Of a stretch of DNA of 64,000 bases, positions 1 to 12,900 are shown piece after piece. The stretch comes from Macrostomum lignano. Its lineage: Eukaryota. Both the position numbers and the translations under genes were made by a program. The stretch covers positions 62,001 to 126,000 of the forward strand of contig NIVC01001135.1 of the NCBI GenBank assembly GCA_002269645.1. The letters run 5' to 3'. Each line of letters begins with the position of its first letter. The first letter of the stretch is position 1. The notes beneath the pieces are model-generated. The model searched no databases. It saw nothing but the letters and a program-made list of their open reading frames with translations, and was not told where the DNA came from.

Positions 1-1399
1 GACTGAAGCCATCCATCTTTTGTCATTGGGAGATGTCCGTCAGCTTAACCTGTTTGTTTAACTCTCTGTGTGTAGCATTTTTTATTTCTTTACTTCCTCG
101 ATAATATATTAATTAATGTGTTTGACAGACAGATGATTGCCTGAACCGGTTTAACTGAAGGGGTTCCACAGCGATCCTGATTACATTTGCTTACCGTTAA
201 TGATAATAATAATAATGTTAGTCTCTCTGCGTCTCTCACTCACCTGTGCTGGCTAATTGTTTGACTAAGTTTATTTTTTCCGGCTTTGCAATAAAACTTA
301 AACAAAACACAAATTGCGCACGCTCTGTCTCCCTCTCTCTGTCCCATGCTGCGTTGATCTGCGGGCGTTTTTTAAAATTATAAAGTCCAAACTTGAAGCT
401 GTTTGTTTAGCATGTGTGTTTTTTAAAGTTTGTCATTTTACTTTCTTTTTGTGTCAGCTTTGCTGTTCCAAATTTGTCTGTTCTCTATCTGTCATCTATT
501 TAAGATTCAAACTACAACTAAAATGCTGAGTTTAAAGCACCAGGCAAATTTAAGTAATCCTTTTGCTGCAAAAAGGCTCTTTGTCTTATGATAAATCCGT
601 TTTACTGCGCGTCTCTCTTTTGGTTATTTTTCATTTTCCTGTGTCAAATATTTCTCTATAAACAGGAGTAAATTCTTGTTAAAGACCTTGCCTGAAAAAG
701 AACTGCAGCTTGTTAATAGATCCTTAAAAGACCTATGTGTACGAGCAGCATACTTGCAACATGCATTCTAATAATAGATCACCAATGGCCGGAAACCCAT
801 ACTTGCAACATGCATTTTAATAATAGATCACCAATGGCCGGAAACCCATACTTGCAACATGCATTCTAATAATATATCACCAATGGCCGGAAACCCAAAT
901 TTGAGGCATATATTCTAAAAATAGATCACTAATTTCAGGAAACCCATATTTGAGGCATATATTCTAAAAATAGATCACTAATTTCAGGAAACCCATATTT
1001 GAGGCATATATTCTAAAAATAGATCACTAATTTCAGGAAACCCATATTTGAGGCATATATTCTAAAAATAGATCACTAATTTCAGGAAACCCATATTTGA
1101 GGCATATATTCTACGAGCTGTTGAAACCCGCGGATTTTGAACCCAGGGAATTCCAATCCGCGGAAATTTTTGCATGTCCTTTTCCTTTCTGAAATCTGAG
1201 GCCATATACATGTACAAACAACAACTTGTTAATAGTTAGTAGGATAGAAGTAAACATAAAATAGAGTACATTCGTGTATAATTAGGATTTGAGGCAAACA
1301 TTGATATTGTTGGCTGGGGTGCTGCGCAGAATGTCAGGCAATGTCTGTCTGACTCTTAAACATGTATTGGCAAACTCTGGCTTCTGCATCTGCCTCTCC

Positions 1400-2080
1400 C
1401 TACATCCCTTGGATCCTTTGAAACTTCTATTTTCTTTTCTTCATTCTTCTCTCTTGTCCCTTCTCTCAACTCTCTCCTCTACTCTCTCATCTCTACTCTT
1501 TCCTTTCTGTCTCTCCTCTCATCTCTTCTCTTCTTTCCTCTTTCCTCTTTCCTCTCTTCTCGTTTTTGCTCTCTCATTTCTCCTTTCTCTTCTTTTATCT
1601 TTTATCTTTTCTCATTTTTCTCCGTTCTCTCTCTCTCTCTCTCCGCCTTTCTCCCTCTCTCTTACATGTATCTCTCCTCTTCCATCTCTCTTCTCCTCTC
1701 TACTCTTCATTCTCCATTCTCCTCTTTCCTCTCCTCTCTCCTGACTCACTTCTCTCTCCCTTTGTCTCTGCTACTGGTATCTCCTCTGGTATCTGTAATC
1801 TCATCTCTCTTACCTCTTATCTCTCCTTTTCTTCTCTACTCTCCCATCTCTCGTCTGTTCACTCTCGTCTCTGCTCTCTCATCTCCCCTCTCTCATCTGT
1901 AATCTTTACTCTCTTAAATGTTCTCTCACCTCTCTTTGTACTCTTTCTTTCCCCTCTTTTGACACCTCACTTTTCTTTCTCCTTTCTTCTCTTCTCTTCT
2001 CTTCCTTCTTCTGTACTCTCTACCTCTCTTGTCTCATGTCTTCTCTCTCCACTTTCCTATCTCCTCCTTCCTATCTCGCA
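1400..2080. repeat. CT-rich low-complexity tract
   Basis: Almost pure pyrimidine on the + strand; the overlapping ORFs are S/L/F-only artefacts. Confidence 0.85.
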
Positions 2081-2261
2081 CATTCTAAAAATAGAACAAT
2101 AACTTGGGAAACCCATATTTGAGACGTGCATTCTAAAAATAGAACAGTAACTGCGGGGGAAACCCATATTTGAGACGCACATTTTAAAAATAGAACAATA
2201 ACTGCGGGAAACCCATATTTGAGACGTTCATTCTAAAAATAGAACTATAACTACGGGAAAC

Positions 2262-3110
2262 CACCTGTTTCCACCTGTTCAAGAGTCACCACTCTGCCCT
2301 GTGCGCGCTCTACTGTCTCACCTGCACCTGTCACCAGCCAGCGACCCAAGGGCGCCACTGTTTGGCTACGGCCACGGAGGCGAGCTCTCAGCCAGCCAGT
2401 TCATCAGCTGTCTTTGTGCGTGTCTGGCTGCGTGCAGCCTTCCAGCTGCTGGTTTCTCCGGCCACAGCATCCGGCGTGGGGGTGCCAGCTTCTGTCATCA
2501 AATCGGCTTGTCAGATTCGGACGTTCGGGCTCTTGTGGGCTGGAGATCGGACGCTGTTCTCCGCTACTTTTCTGCCAGCTCTGCCCTGTCGCGCCGCCAG
2601 CGCTCTGCTTCTTTCATGGCTTCGCAGCTGCAGGCTGCGTCCACCTGACTGCCTTCCCGCTTTTACTCCTTCCCTTCCCCTTCATTGGGGCTGGGATCCG
2701 CTTTCTCGGCCGCTGCCTGCTTTTCGCAACTGATTTGTCTCGTTTGGCTCATGGATGAATGAATAGAATGGATTGCTATTCTGGCTCTGGCTATTTTCGT
2801 TTTTGACTCTTTTGCATCTGGTTCCCCCCGTGCCTTTTCATTGGTTGATGATTGCCATAGACAATTTTCGGCCTTCGCCCCTTTCTTTCGATGCACAAGC
2901 GCTTTCGCTCGTGTTTTGAAATAAAGGGGGAAGACCTACGAGCGCTCGATATTCTCTGCAAGTAACTGACAATTGTCTATGGCAATCATCAACCAATGAA
3001 AAGGCACGGGGGGGAACCGGATGCAAAAGAGTCAAAAACGAAAATAGTCAGAGCCAGAATAGCAATCCATTCTATTCATTCATCCATGGTTTGGCTCCTT
3101 CCGGCGTGTT
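2262..3110 (+). mobile_element. 5'-truncated tyrosine-recombinase retrotransposon (DIRS/Ngaro-like) 3' fragment
   Basis: 2262-2648 reads HLFPPVQESPLCPVRAL...PLF...GFSGHSIRRGGAS...LVGWRSDAVLRY. This contains the HxxR box and catalytic Tyr of the YR C-terminus in DIRS/Ngaro style. A short non-coding 3' end follows. Confidence 0.75.
2750..3088. mobile_element. 339-bp non-autonomous MITE, P-superfamily-like
   Basis: ~117-bp TIRs (2750-2866 / 2971-3088; 2 substitutions + 1 homopolymer indel), CATGG...CCATG termini, perfect 8-bp TSD GTTTGGCT (2742-2749 / 3089-3096). Confidence 0.85.
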
Positions 3111-6100
3111 TAACTACGGGAAACCCATATTTGAGACGTGCATTCTTAAAATAGAACAATAACTACGGGAAACCCATATTTGAGACGTGCATTCTTAAAA
3201 TAGAACAATAACTACGGGAAACCCATATTTGAGACGTGCATTCTTAAAATAGAACAATAACTACGGGAAACCCTATTCGAAGCGATCAAAAAATACGTTT
3301 AACTTCAAGTCGGACGGCTTCGATATCTATGGCAACTCTCAACCGACTGTCTTGTCTGATGCTTTATTTTAAAGCTCAACTTGTGTTCTAATAGCTCATA
3401 AAAATAAACTTCACTAAATGATTCGCCTTGGCTTGGCTTTGGTGCTAAGGGAACTACAGTTAATGGAGACATTGTCTATCTTGGCTATGCAGAATAGAAG
3501 GCCTGAACAACATTGATTCCTTCACTAAGACTGTGCTCCAGTCCACAAAGCTCGGGATGTCAAGAGCTTCTTGGCTTAGTGTGGAATTTGTGATTTTCTC
3601 CATCCTCCATCCCGCCCCCTGATTTGGCACCGGCTTGGTTTTTTTTCCTTTTCCCAACCATTAAACAAGAGCTGGGCGGTGTTGCCATCAATGGCAGCGC
3701 AGCCAAGGTGGCCTGGGAACGTGCGTGCTGCCGCCTTCATCGAGAAGTCTTCTCGTCGGCGTTCAATCTGTTAGATCAAAGTTCTTCAAAAGTGCGTTGA
3801 AGTGAATGGGGAACTTCGTTGGGAAAAGCTGTACGCCTGAAAAGGAGAATCAGTCGGAATGAACTTATGTGTGGAGCATGGTTGAAGCCAATTGAGAATT
3901 GGACATGATTGACAACCAGAACTATTTTCTGTTGCAATGGTTTGCATGATTGTTGTTACTAAGACTCAGAGCAAAAGTTTGAGCTTTAAATCTGTGACTA
4001 AGAAAAAACTTTTCTGATCTGAAATTAAATGTAAATTTTAAATTAGCCACTCTTTTGTCTAACGAACAGCTGCTAGGCGAGATATTTACGATTATTGCCA
4101 TTTTGGGTCAGGGTACACTCTGTACTTTAGCAAGCTGTGTAGCCAAGGCAAAACATTCAGTGAAGTTGAATTTTAATGAGCTATTTACAACACAGAACTT
4201 ACACAGAATGCTCAATCGGCAAGTTTTTAGGGTGAACACTGCGTCGAAATAGATACGCGCATAGACTACTTTTTCCATGAAGGAATTCGAGTAACCCGTA
4301 GCGAGCATTGAAATCCGTTTTAAGCAGAAGCAAATCTCAACAAGTCAGCCTAGTCTCAGATAGCTTGCGTATATGCCATAGACAGCGGACTGTGTCTTTC
4401 GGCGCCTATCTTTGAGTCTTTGAGTCACATCGTTTTAGGTCATGAAATGTATACATTAGTGTCCCTGCTTCTGGAAATATGTAAACGGCATATGTGACTT
4501 TGAACAGAAACAGAAACAAGAGCTGACACCATATAAGCCAACACACAACCATAGATCTTATATTCACTAGTGCGAAAAACCCCGACATGGGTTGCTTAAA
4601 TTTTGAGTTATAGTTAGCCTAGGCGTGTTGAAACGGGGAGAAACGCACAGCATCCCGCCCGCTGCAATAATCTATGGCCAACTTCAATAAGTAAAAAAAC
4701 TCGTATGTATATAAGTATCTAGTTTTATGTCTATTTTAAAAGTAAAGCTTAGTGCTGCTTAATAATTCTTAGTATCAGTTACTATTTTTTAAATTCGCAA
4801 AATAGGAGTTTTTGCCATAGACATTTTTGGATTTCATAATTTTTTTCTTTGTCTAGAGTGCTGGTGTGCTTATGTGGGGGCTCCGCCCATACACCCCCGT
4901 AAGGGTGCTCAGCGCCCCCTTGACCACGCTTTCTTCTGACTTTGCCATAGACATTTTCAGCGGGCCGTGAAACCGACTGAATGCATAGGAGTAAATGGGA
5001 TTTTACCATAGACAGTCTCAGTGGCCCGTGAAACGCGGTTTTATAACACTAATATGGATGGGCCGCATCGGGCGAAACGAGCTAACACTCCTCGGCGCTG
5101 CGCGCCTCGGCGTTATAGCTCATTTCTGCCCTCTGCAGCCCATCAATATTGGTATATTGTGTATATATGATTTTTGCACACAACAAGCAATACGAGCGTA
5201 AGTAGATGGATAAGTGACTGTTTGGAAGAGGGGATTTTTTATCAGTAGAAAGATGATAACAATGTACACGCCCCAGCAATTTGCTCGTAAAATGTATCAA
5301 ACAGTTGCTGTTTAAAGCTGAACTCAAAATGTCAGTGGTACGGAAACGAGGCTTCAATTTCTGCAATCGTCTCAAGCAAGCCTCCGTTCGGTGCCTTGAT
5401 TTTTCATAACCTCTAAGTAAATCGCTTAATAAAAAAGTACAATTTAAACTTTTATCGAGCTAGCAAGGATAAGTTACAACGAAAAACTTCAATGCCTTTC
5501 TAAAGCAAGCATAAGTCGACGGCTTTCATTCTTTTTCTCTATTCCAATACAAGCTCAGATCGCTTCACATATACATGTAAAATCCCATCTAGTAGAGACT
5601 TTTTACCATAGACAATGCTTTCATGCGGGCCTTGAAAAAAAATCCTACCAAGTTTAAGTTCTGCGTCCAGAGTTTTTTAGTAGTCCTTGGCACGCGAATG
5701 CATTTCGGAGTCATAGACATAGACTGATTGAGCATTCTGTGCAAGTTCTGTGATTTAGAACACAAGTTGAGCTTAAAATGACGCGTCACACGACAAGAAA
5801 ATCGGTTGAGAATTGCCACAGATATCGATCGAGGTCGTCCGACTTGAAGTTGAACGCATCTAGCGGAAAAATACCCTGCGCGAAAAATTTCTGCAACTCT
5901 CCATTTGTGCTTCAAGGCTTTAAGCAGACCTCTACTAAATCATCTAGGTTAAAATTCCATACATTAAAGCTTGTATAATTTCAGCTCTCAAGTTTGCAAA
6001 ACAATTTTATTTTTTCACTGCTTGCTCGCCCTGTGTTCGCCACCTCACTTCGGGCAAGCAGAACTTCAGCTTTCTGGTCAGAAATTTATCTAGAAAAGTT

Positions 6101-6389
6101 TTCGTTAAAAATCATAAAATTTCAACTTGGGCTCATTTTTTATCACTAACAGTTTGATAACCAGAAATATGCACTTTTTCTGTATGTCATATACTTACAT
6201 TTTTATTGCCCGTGCAACAGCAGTGTTTTTATCAGTGCTAACTGGCTAAACGCATGATCATGTAACCTTTTAGTCACGAAAAACTGTTTCTAAGCGTCGA
6301 AACAAGATTTGAAAAGGCGAGAAGACAGTGCTTGCAGAAATGCGACATGAATGCCATTGAGATCTGCTAGAGACTGGGCAGCGGACTGG

Positions 6390-9300
6390 CTGGGATGGAG
6401 TGGAACTGGGAATCTGGGATGAAGTTGGGCTGGGAATCTGGGATGGAGTTGGACTGGGAATCTGGGATGGAGTGGAATTGGGAATCTGGGATGGAGTGGG
6501 ACTGGGAATCTGGGATGGAGTTGGACTGGGAATCTGGGATGGAGTGGAATTGGGAATCTGGGATGGAGTGGGACTGGGAATCTGGGATGGAGTTGGACTG
6601 GGAATCTGGGATGGAGTTGGGCTGGGAATCTGGGATTGAGTGGGACTGGGAATCTGGGATGGAGTGGGACTGGGAATCTGGGATGGAGTAGAATTGGGAA
6701 TCTGGGATGGAGTGGAATTGGGAATCTGGGATGGAGTGGGACTGGGAATCTGGGATGGAGTGGAACTGGGAATCTGGGATGGAGTTGGGCTGGGAATCTG
6801 GGATGGAGTGGGACTGGGAATCTGGGATGGAGTGGAACTGGGAATCTGGGATGGAGTTGGACTGGGAATCTGGGATGGAGTCGGACTGGGAATCTGAGAT
6901 GGAGTGGAACTGGGAATCTGGGATGGAGTGGAACTGGGAATCTGGGATGGAGTGGGACTGGGAATCTGGGATGGAGTTGGACTGGGAATCTGGGATGGAG
7001 TTGGTCTGGGAATCTGGGATGGAGTTGGACTGGGAATCTGGGATGGAGTGGGACTGGGAATCTGGGATGGAGTTGGGCTGGGAATCTGAGATGGAGTGGA
7101 ATTGGAAATCTGGGATGGAGTTGGACTGGGAATCTGAGATGGAGTGGAATTGGGAATCTGGGATGGAGTGGGACTGGGAATCTGGGATGGAGTTGGTCTG
7201 GGAATCTGGGATGGAGTGGGACTGGGAATCTGGGATGGAGTTGGTCTGGGAATCTGGGATGGAGTTGGACTGGGAATCTGGGATGGAGTGGGACTGGGAA
7301 TCTGGGATGGAGTTGGGCTGGGAATCTGAGATGGAGTGGAATTGGGAATCTGGGATGGAGTTGGACTGGGAATCTGAGATGGAGTGGAATTGGGAATCTG
7401 GGATGGAGTTGGGCTGGGAATCTGAGATGGAGTGGAACTGGGAATCTGGGATGGAGTTGGACTGGGAATCTGAGATGGAGTGGAATTGGGAATCTGGGAT
7501 GGAGTTGGGCTGGGAATCTGAGATGGAGTGGAATTGGGAATCTGGGATGAAGTTGGGCTGGGAATCTGAGATGGAGTGGAATTGGGAATCTGGGATGGAG
7601 TGGGACTGGGAATCTGGGATGGAGTGGAATTGGGAATCTGGGATGGAGTTGGGCTGGGAATCTGAGATGGAGTGGAATTGGGAATCTGGGATGGAGTTGG
7701 GCTGGGAATCTGAGATGGAGTGGAATTGGGAATCTGGGATGGAGTTGGACTGGGAATCTGAGATGGAGTGGAATTGGGAATCTGGGATGAAGTTGGGCTG
7801 GGAATCTGGGATGGAGTGGAACTGGGAATCTGGGATGGAGTGGGACTGGGAATCTGAGATAGAGTGGAACTGGGAATCTGGGATGGAGTTGGGCTGGGAA
7901 TCTGAGATGGAGTGGAATTGGGAATCTGGGATGGAGTTGGGCTGGGAATCTGAGATGGAGTGGAATTGGGAATCTGGGATGGAGTTGGGCTGGGAATCTG
8001 AGATGGAGTGGAATTGGGAATCTGGGATGGAGTGGAACTGGGAATCTGGGATGGAGTGGAATTGGGAATCTGGGATGGAGTTGGGCTGGGAATCTGAGAT
8101 GGAGTGGAATTGGGAATCTGGGATGGAGTTGGATTGGGAATCTGAGATGGAGTGGAATTGGGAATCTGGGATGGAGTTGGGCTGGGAATCTGGGATGGAG
8201 TGGAACTGGGAATCTGGGATGGAGTGGGACTGGGAATCTGGGATGGAGTGGGACTGGGAATCTGGGATGGAGTGGGACTGGGAATCTGGGATGGAGTGGG
8301 ACTGGGAATCTGGGATGGAGTGGGACTGGGAATCTGGGATGGAGTGGGACTGGGAATCTGGGATGGAGTGAGACTGGGAATCTGGGATGGTGTGGGATTG
8401 GGAATCTGGGATGGAGTTGGACTGGGAATCTGAGATGGAGTGGAATTGGGAATCTGGGATGGAGTTGGGCTGGGAATCTGGGATGGAGTGGAACTGGGAA
8501 TCTGGGATGGAGTGGGACTGGGAATCTGGGATGGAGTGGAATTGGGAATCTGGGATGGAGTGGAACTGGGAATCTGGGATGGAGTGGAACTGGGAATCTG
8601 GGATGGAGTGGAACTGGGAATCTGGGATGGAGTTGGACTGGGAATCTGGGATGGAGTGGGACTGGGAATCTGGGATGGAGTGGGACTGGGAATCTGGGAT
8701 GGAGTGGGACTGGGAATCTGGGATGGAGTGGAACTGGGAATCTGGGATGGAGTGAGACTGGGAATCTGGGATGGTGTGGGATTGGGAATCTGGGATGGAG
8801 TTGGACTGGGAATCTGGGATGGAGTGAGACTGGGAATCTGGGATGGTGTGGGATTGGGAATCTGGGATGGAGTGGGACTGGGAATCTGGGATGGAGTGGG
8901 ATTGGGAATCTGGAATGGAGTGGGACTGGGAATCTGGGATGGAGTTGGACTGGGAATCTGGGATGTAGTTGGAATTGGGAATCTGGGATGGAGTTGGGCT
9001 GGGAATCTGGGATGGAGTGGAACTGGGAATCTGGGATGGAGTGGGACTGGGAATCTGGGATGGAGTGGAATTGGGAATCTGGGATGGAGTGGAACTGGGA
9101 ATCTGGGATGGAGTGGAACTGGGAATCTGGGATGGAGTGGGACTGGGAATCTGGGATGGAGTGGGACTGGGAATCTGGGATGGAGTGGGACTGGGAATCT
9201 GGGATGGAGTGGGACTGGGAATCTGGGATGGAGTGGGACTGGGAATCTGGGATGGAGTGGGACTGGGAATCTGGGATGGAGTGGAACTGGGAATCTGGGA

Positions 9301-9581
9301 TGGAGTGAGACTGGGAATCTGGGATGGTGTGGGATTGGGAATCTGGGATAGAGTTGGACTGGGAATCTGGGATGGAGTGAGACTGGGAATCTGGGATGGT
9401 GTGGGATTGGGAATCTGGGATGGAGTTGGACTGGGAATCTGGGATGGAGTGGGATTGGGAATCTGGAATGGAGTGGGACTGGGAATCTGGGATGGAGTTG
9501 GACTGGGAATCTGGGATGGAGTTGGACTGGGAATCTGGGATGGAGTGGAGCTGGGAATCTGGGATGGAGTGGAGCTGGGAT
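6390..9581. repeat. 24-bp G-rich minisatellite (CTGGGAATCTGGGATGGAGTGGGA)n, ~130 copies
   Basis: Direct reading; explains the many repetitive ORFs on both strands. Confidence 0.95.
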
Positions 9582-9988
9582 GGGTTGGCAGGGGGTAGGT
9601 GTCAACGGTGATAAAATAAAGAACAGTTCGTTAAAAGCGGTTTTTTATCTAACCACGCAGAAGTGTTGTTATCTGTCGCAGGAAAAATAATCTATAGCAA
9701 TCGAGCAGTGCAGGTTGGCAGCCCGGATCGAATGGAATTTACTGGCACGCCTTGAACACGCGATAGCGGCGGCGAAGATATGCTCGGCATAAACAGCTCT
9801 GGTTAATAGTTTATAACATTCTCATAGGGGCTTTGATTCTTTTTCTGACGATCTTAACCCAAGCATAGTCTAGTGGCCACCTGCAGTATACCATCGCATA
9901 GCAATTGCATAGTAACCTCATAGCAACTGCACAGCAACGGCATAGCAACCTCGTAGCAACGGCATAGCAACCGCACAGCAACCAAAAA

Positions 9989-12900
9989 ATGGCATCCAAT
10001 AGCCGCAAATCCTCGAGCTCGTGCATCCGCATCCTCCGGCGCAACGTCTTCGTGCTCTGCCTCATCCTCGGCGTGGCGGCCGGCATCGGCCTGGGCATCG
10101 GCCTTCGCTACGCCAAGCCGGTCTGGACGGCCAGAGAGCTGGCCTACTACAAATTCCCCGGCGAGCTGCTGCTCAGGATGCTGCAGATGATGATCCTGCC
10201 GCTGGTCACCACTTCCATGATTTCCGGGATGTCTTCGTTGGGCCAGAACGCCTCCTCGAAGGTCGGTCTGCGGGCACTGCTGTTCTACATGTGCACCACC
10301 CTGTTTGCCGTCATCATCGGCATCGTGCTGGTAGTCAGCATCCGCCCGGGCAGCTCGTCGGCTCCGCCAGACCAGCAGCGCCAAAATGTCAGCCGGAGCG
10401 TCAACGCCGCCGACTCGCTGCTGGACTTGATCAGGTTGAGCAGCTGGAGCTGCTGGGGCTACTATGGCAGTTCAGGGCAGCTCAAGGCAGCTCAGGGCAG
10501 CTGGGGCAGCTCAGGGCAGCTCAGGGCAGCTCAGGGCAGTTCAGGGCAGCTCAGGGCAGCTCAGGGCAGCTGGGGCAGCTCAGGGCAGCTCAGGGCAGTT
10601 CAGGGCAGCTCAGGGCAGCTCAGGGCAGCTGGGGCAGCTCAGGGCAGTTCAGGGCAGTTCAGGGCAGCTCAGGGCAGCTCAGGGCAGCTCAGGGCAGCTC
10701 AGGGCAGCTGGGGCAGCTCAAGGCAGTTCAGGGCAGTTCAGGGCAGCTCAGGGCAGCTCAGGGCAGTTCAGGGCAGTTCAGGGCAGCTCAGGGCAGCTCA
10801 GGGCAGCTGGGGCAGCTCAAGGCAGTTCAGGGCAGCTCAGGGCAGCTCAGGGCAGCTCAGGGCAGCTCAGGGCAGCTCAGGGCAGTTCAGGGCAGTTCAG
10901 TGCAGCTCAGGGCAGCTCAGGGCAGTTCAGGGCAGCTCAGGGCAGCTGGGGCAGCTCAAGGCAGTTCAGGGCAGCTCAGGGCAGCTGGGGCAGCTCAAGG
11001 CAGCTCAGGGCAGTTCAGGGCAGTTCAGGGCAGTTCAGGGCAGCTCAGGGCAGCTCAGGGCAGCTCAGGGCAGCTCAGGGCAGTTCAGGGCAGTTCAGGG
11101 CAGTTCAGGGCAGCTCAGGGCAGCTCAGGGCAGCTCAGGGCAGCTAATGTCTAAGCGATAGGAGCTCTTTGAGGCATGCTGGTTTATCCCCCTAATCACC
11201 GCTTCTCTCTCTCCTCTCAGTCTCCTCTCCATCTCAGAGATCATCCATCCACCTGTAAGTCTGTCTGTCACCCCAACCCGAACTGAACCTGGTCAGAAAC
11301 GCATTTCCCGACAACGTCGTTGACGCCTGCATTCGGCGGGTGCAGACGGTGAACAAGCCACCGACCGATGAGCCAACGACCCCGACGACTCCGCCGGTGC
11401 CCGGCAATGCGACAACGCTGGACGGCGAGCTGGCGGTCAGCGCCGCGAACGCCACAGAGCCGCAGGGGACACCGACGCCGCCGCCGGTAGACAACCTGGT
11501 GCCGCACGTGGAGAACGTGTGGGGCAGCAACCTGCTGGGCATCATCGTGTTCTCCTTGGCGCTCGGCGTCGCCCTCAGCCGCATCGGCGAGCGGGGCCAC
11601 GTGGCCCGCCAGTTCTTCGACGGGTGCAGCGAAGCCGTGCTGGTGGTTGTCAAAGTTGTGATTTGGTGAGAACTCCCTGTCCCTGATAATCCTGTCCCTG
11701 ATAATCCTGTCCCTGATAATCCTGTCCCTGATAATCCTGTCCCTGATAATCCTGTCCCTGATAATCCTGTCCCTGATAATCCTGTCCCTGATAATCCTGT
11801 CCCTGATAATCCTGTCCCTGATAATCCTGTCCCTGATAATCCTGTCCCTGATAATCCTGTCCCTGATAATCCTGTCCCTGATAATCCTGTCCCTGATAAT
11901 CCTGTCCCTGATAATCCTGTCCCTGATAATCCTGTCCCTGATAATCCTGTCCCTGATAATCCTGTCCCTGATAATCCTGTCCCTGATAATCCTGTACCTG
12001 ATAATCCTGTCCCTGATAATCCTGTCCCTGATAATCCTGTCCCTGATAATCCTGTCCCTGATAATCCTGTCCCTGATAATCCTGTACCTGATAATCCTGT
12101 CCCTGATAATCCTGTCCCTGATAATCCTGTCCCTGATAATCCTGTCCCTGATAATCCTGTCCCTGATAATCCTGTCCCTGATAATCCCGTCCCTGATCCC
12201 GCAGGTTCACCCCCATCGGCATCATCTTCCTGATCTCCGGCAAGATCATCGAGATGGAGAACGTGGCGGAGACGCTGTCCCAGCTCGGTCTGTACTCCAT
12301 CACGGTGATCAGCGGCCTGGTGATCCACGGCTTCATCGTGCTGCCGCTCATCTACCTGATCGTGGTGAGGCGGAACCCCTTCCGCTACATGTTCGGCTGC
12401 ATGCGGGCCATCCTGACTGCCGTGAGCACCGCCTCCAGCTCCGCCACGCTGCCGGTCACCCTGTACTGCATCGAGGAGGTCAATGGGGTCAACAAACGGG
12501 TGAGAGGCAGATGCCATGACGTGTCATTCGGGCTGTCCCGACTGAGCAGTCACAACAATCAGAACTTGTTCCACCACACGATCAGAACACGATTAATTAT
12601 TATTAATTACAAGATCAGAACACGATTAATTATTATTAATTACACGATCAGAACACGATTAATTATTATTAATTACACGATCAGAACACGATTAATTATT
12701 ATTAATTGAGAGCCACCGATTGGTGACCCCTCTGAGAGGCTCACCGCATCCAAGCACAACAAAATAAAGTCTGCGTCTTTAGGAGTGGGCGTCCAGGCCT
12801 CGGCGTTGTACAGCAGGTCGACGCGTCGCTATGAACGAAGGGTTGGCGCCGCCCAGGGAGGTCCCCCAGTGTCGCCAGCAGCTATGATGCTCTCAGCCCT

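Larger units (their letters stand above)
749..3272. repeat. 49-bp tandem repeat family in three blocks (~749-1113, ~2081-2262, ~3111-3272), interrupted by a CT-rich tract and a YR-element fragment
   Basis: Unit GGAAACCCATAYTTG...CATTCTAA.AATAGA... recurs with period 49 (791/840; 3120/3169). Confidence 0.85.

Noticed and set aside
3300-6250. Cluster of CCATAGAC motifs and partial inverted matches (~4160-4220 vs ~5725-5780)
   Set aside because: Probably decayed MITEs, but I could not pair TIRs with any TSD.
6270-9605. 1111-aa PSQIPSPT mucin-like ORF and overlapping ORFs
   Set aside because: Entirely a 24-bp minisatellite that is open in several frames on both strands; no unique coding context.
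10440-11146. Resemblance to immunoglobulin switch repeats (GAGCT/GGGCAGCT)
   Set aside because: Invertebrate context with no Ig locus; similarity between short G-rich units is expected by chance.
11221-11254. Possible micro-exon in EAAT intron 1 (AG...GTAAGT)
   Set aside because: Candidate lengths of 17 or 34 nt break the frame, and the direct exon 1-2 join already gives the conserved DLIRN.FP motif.
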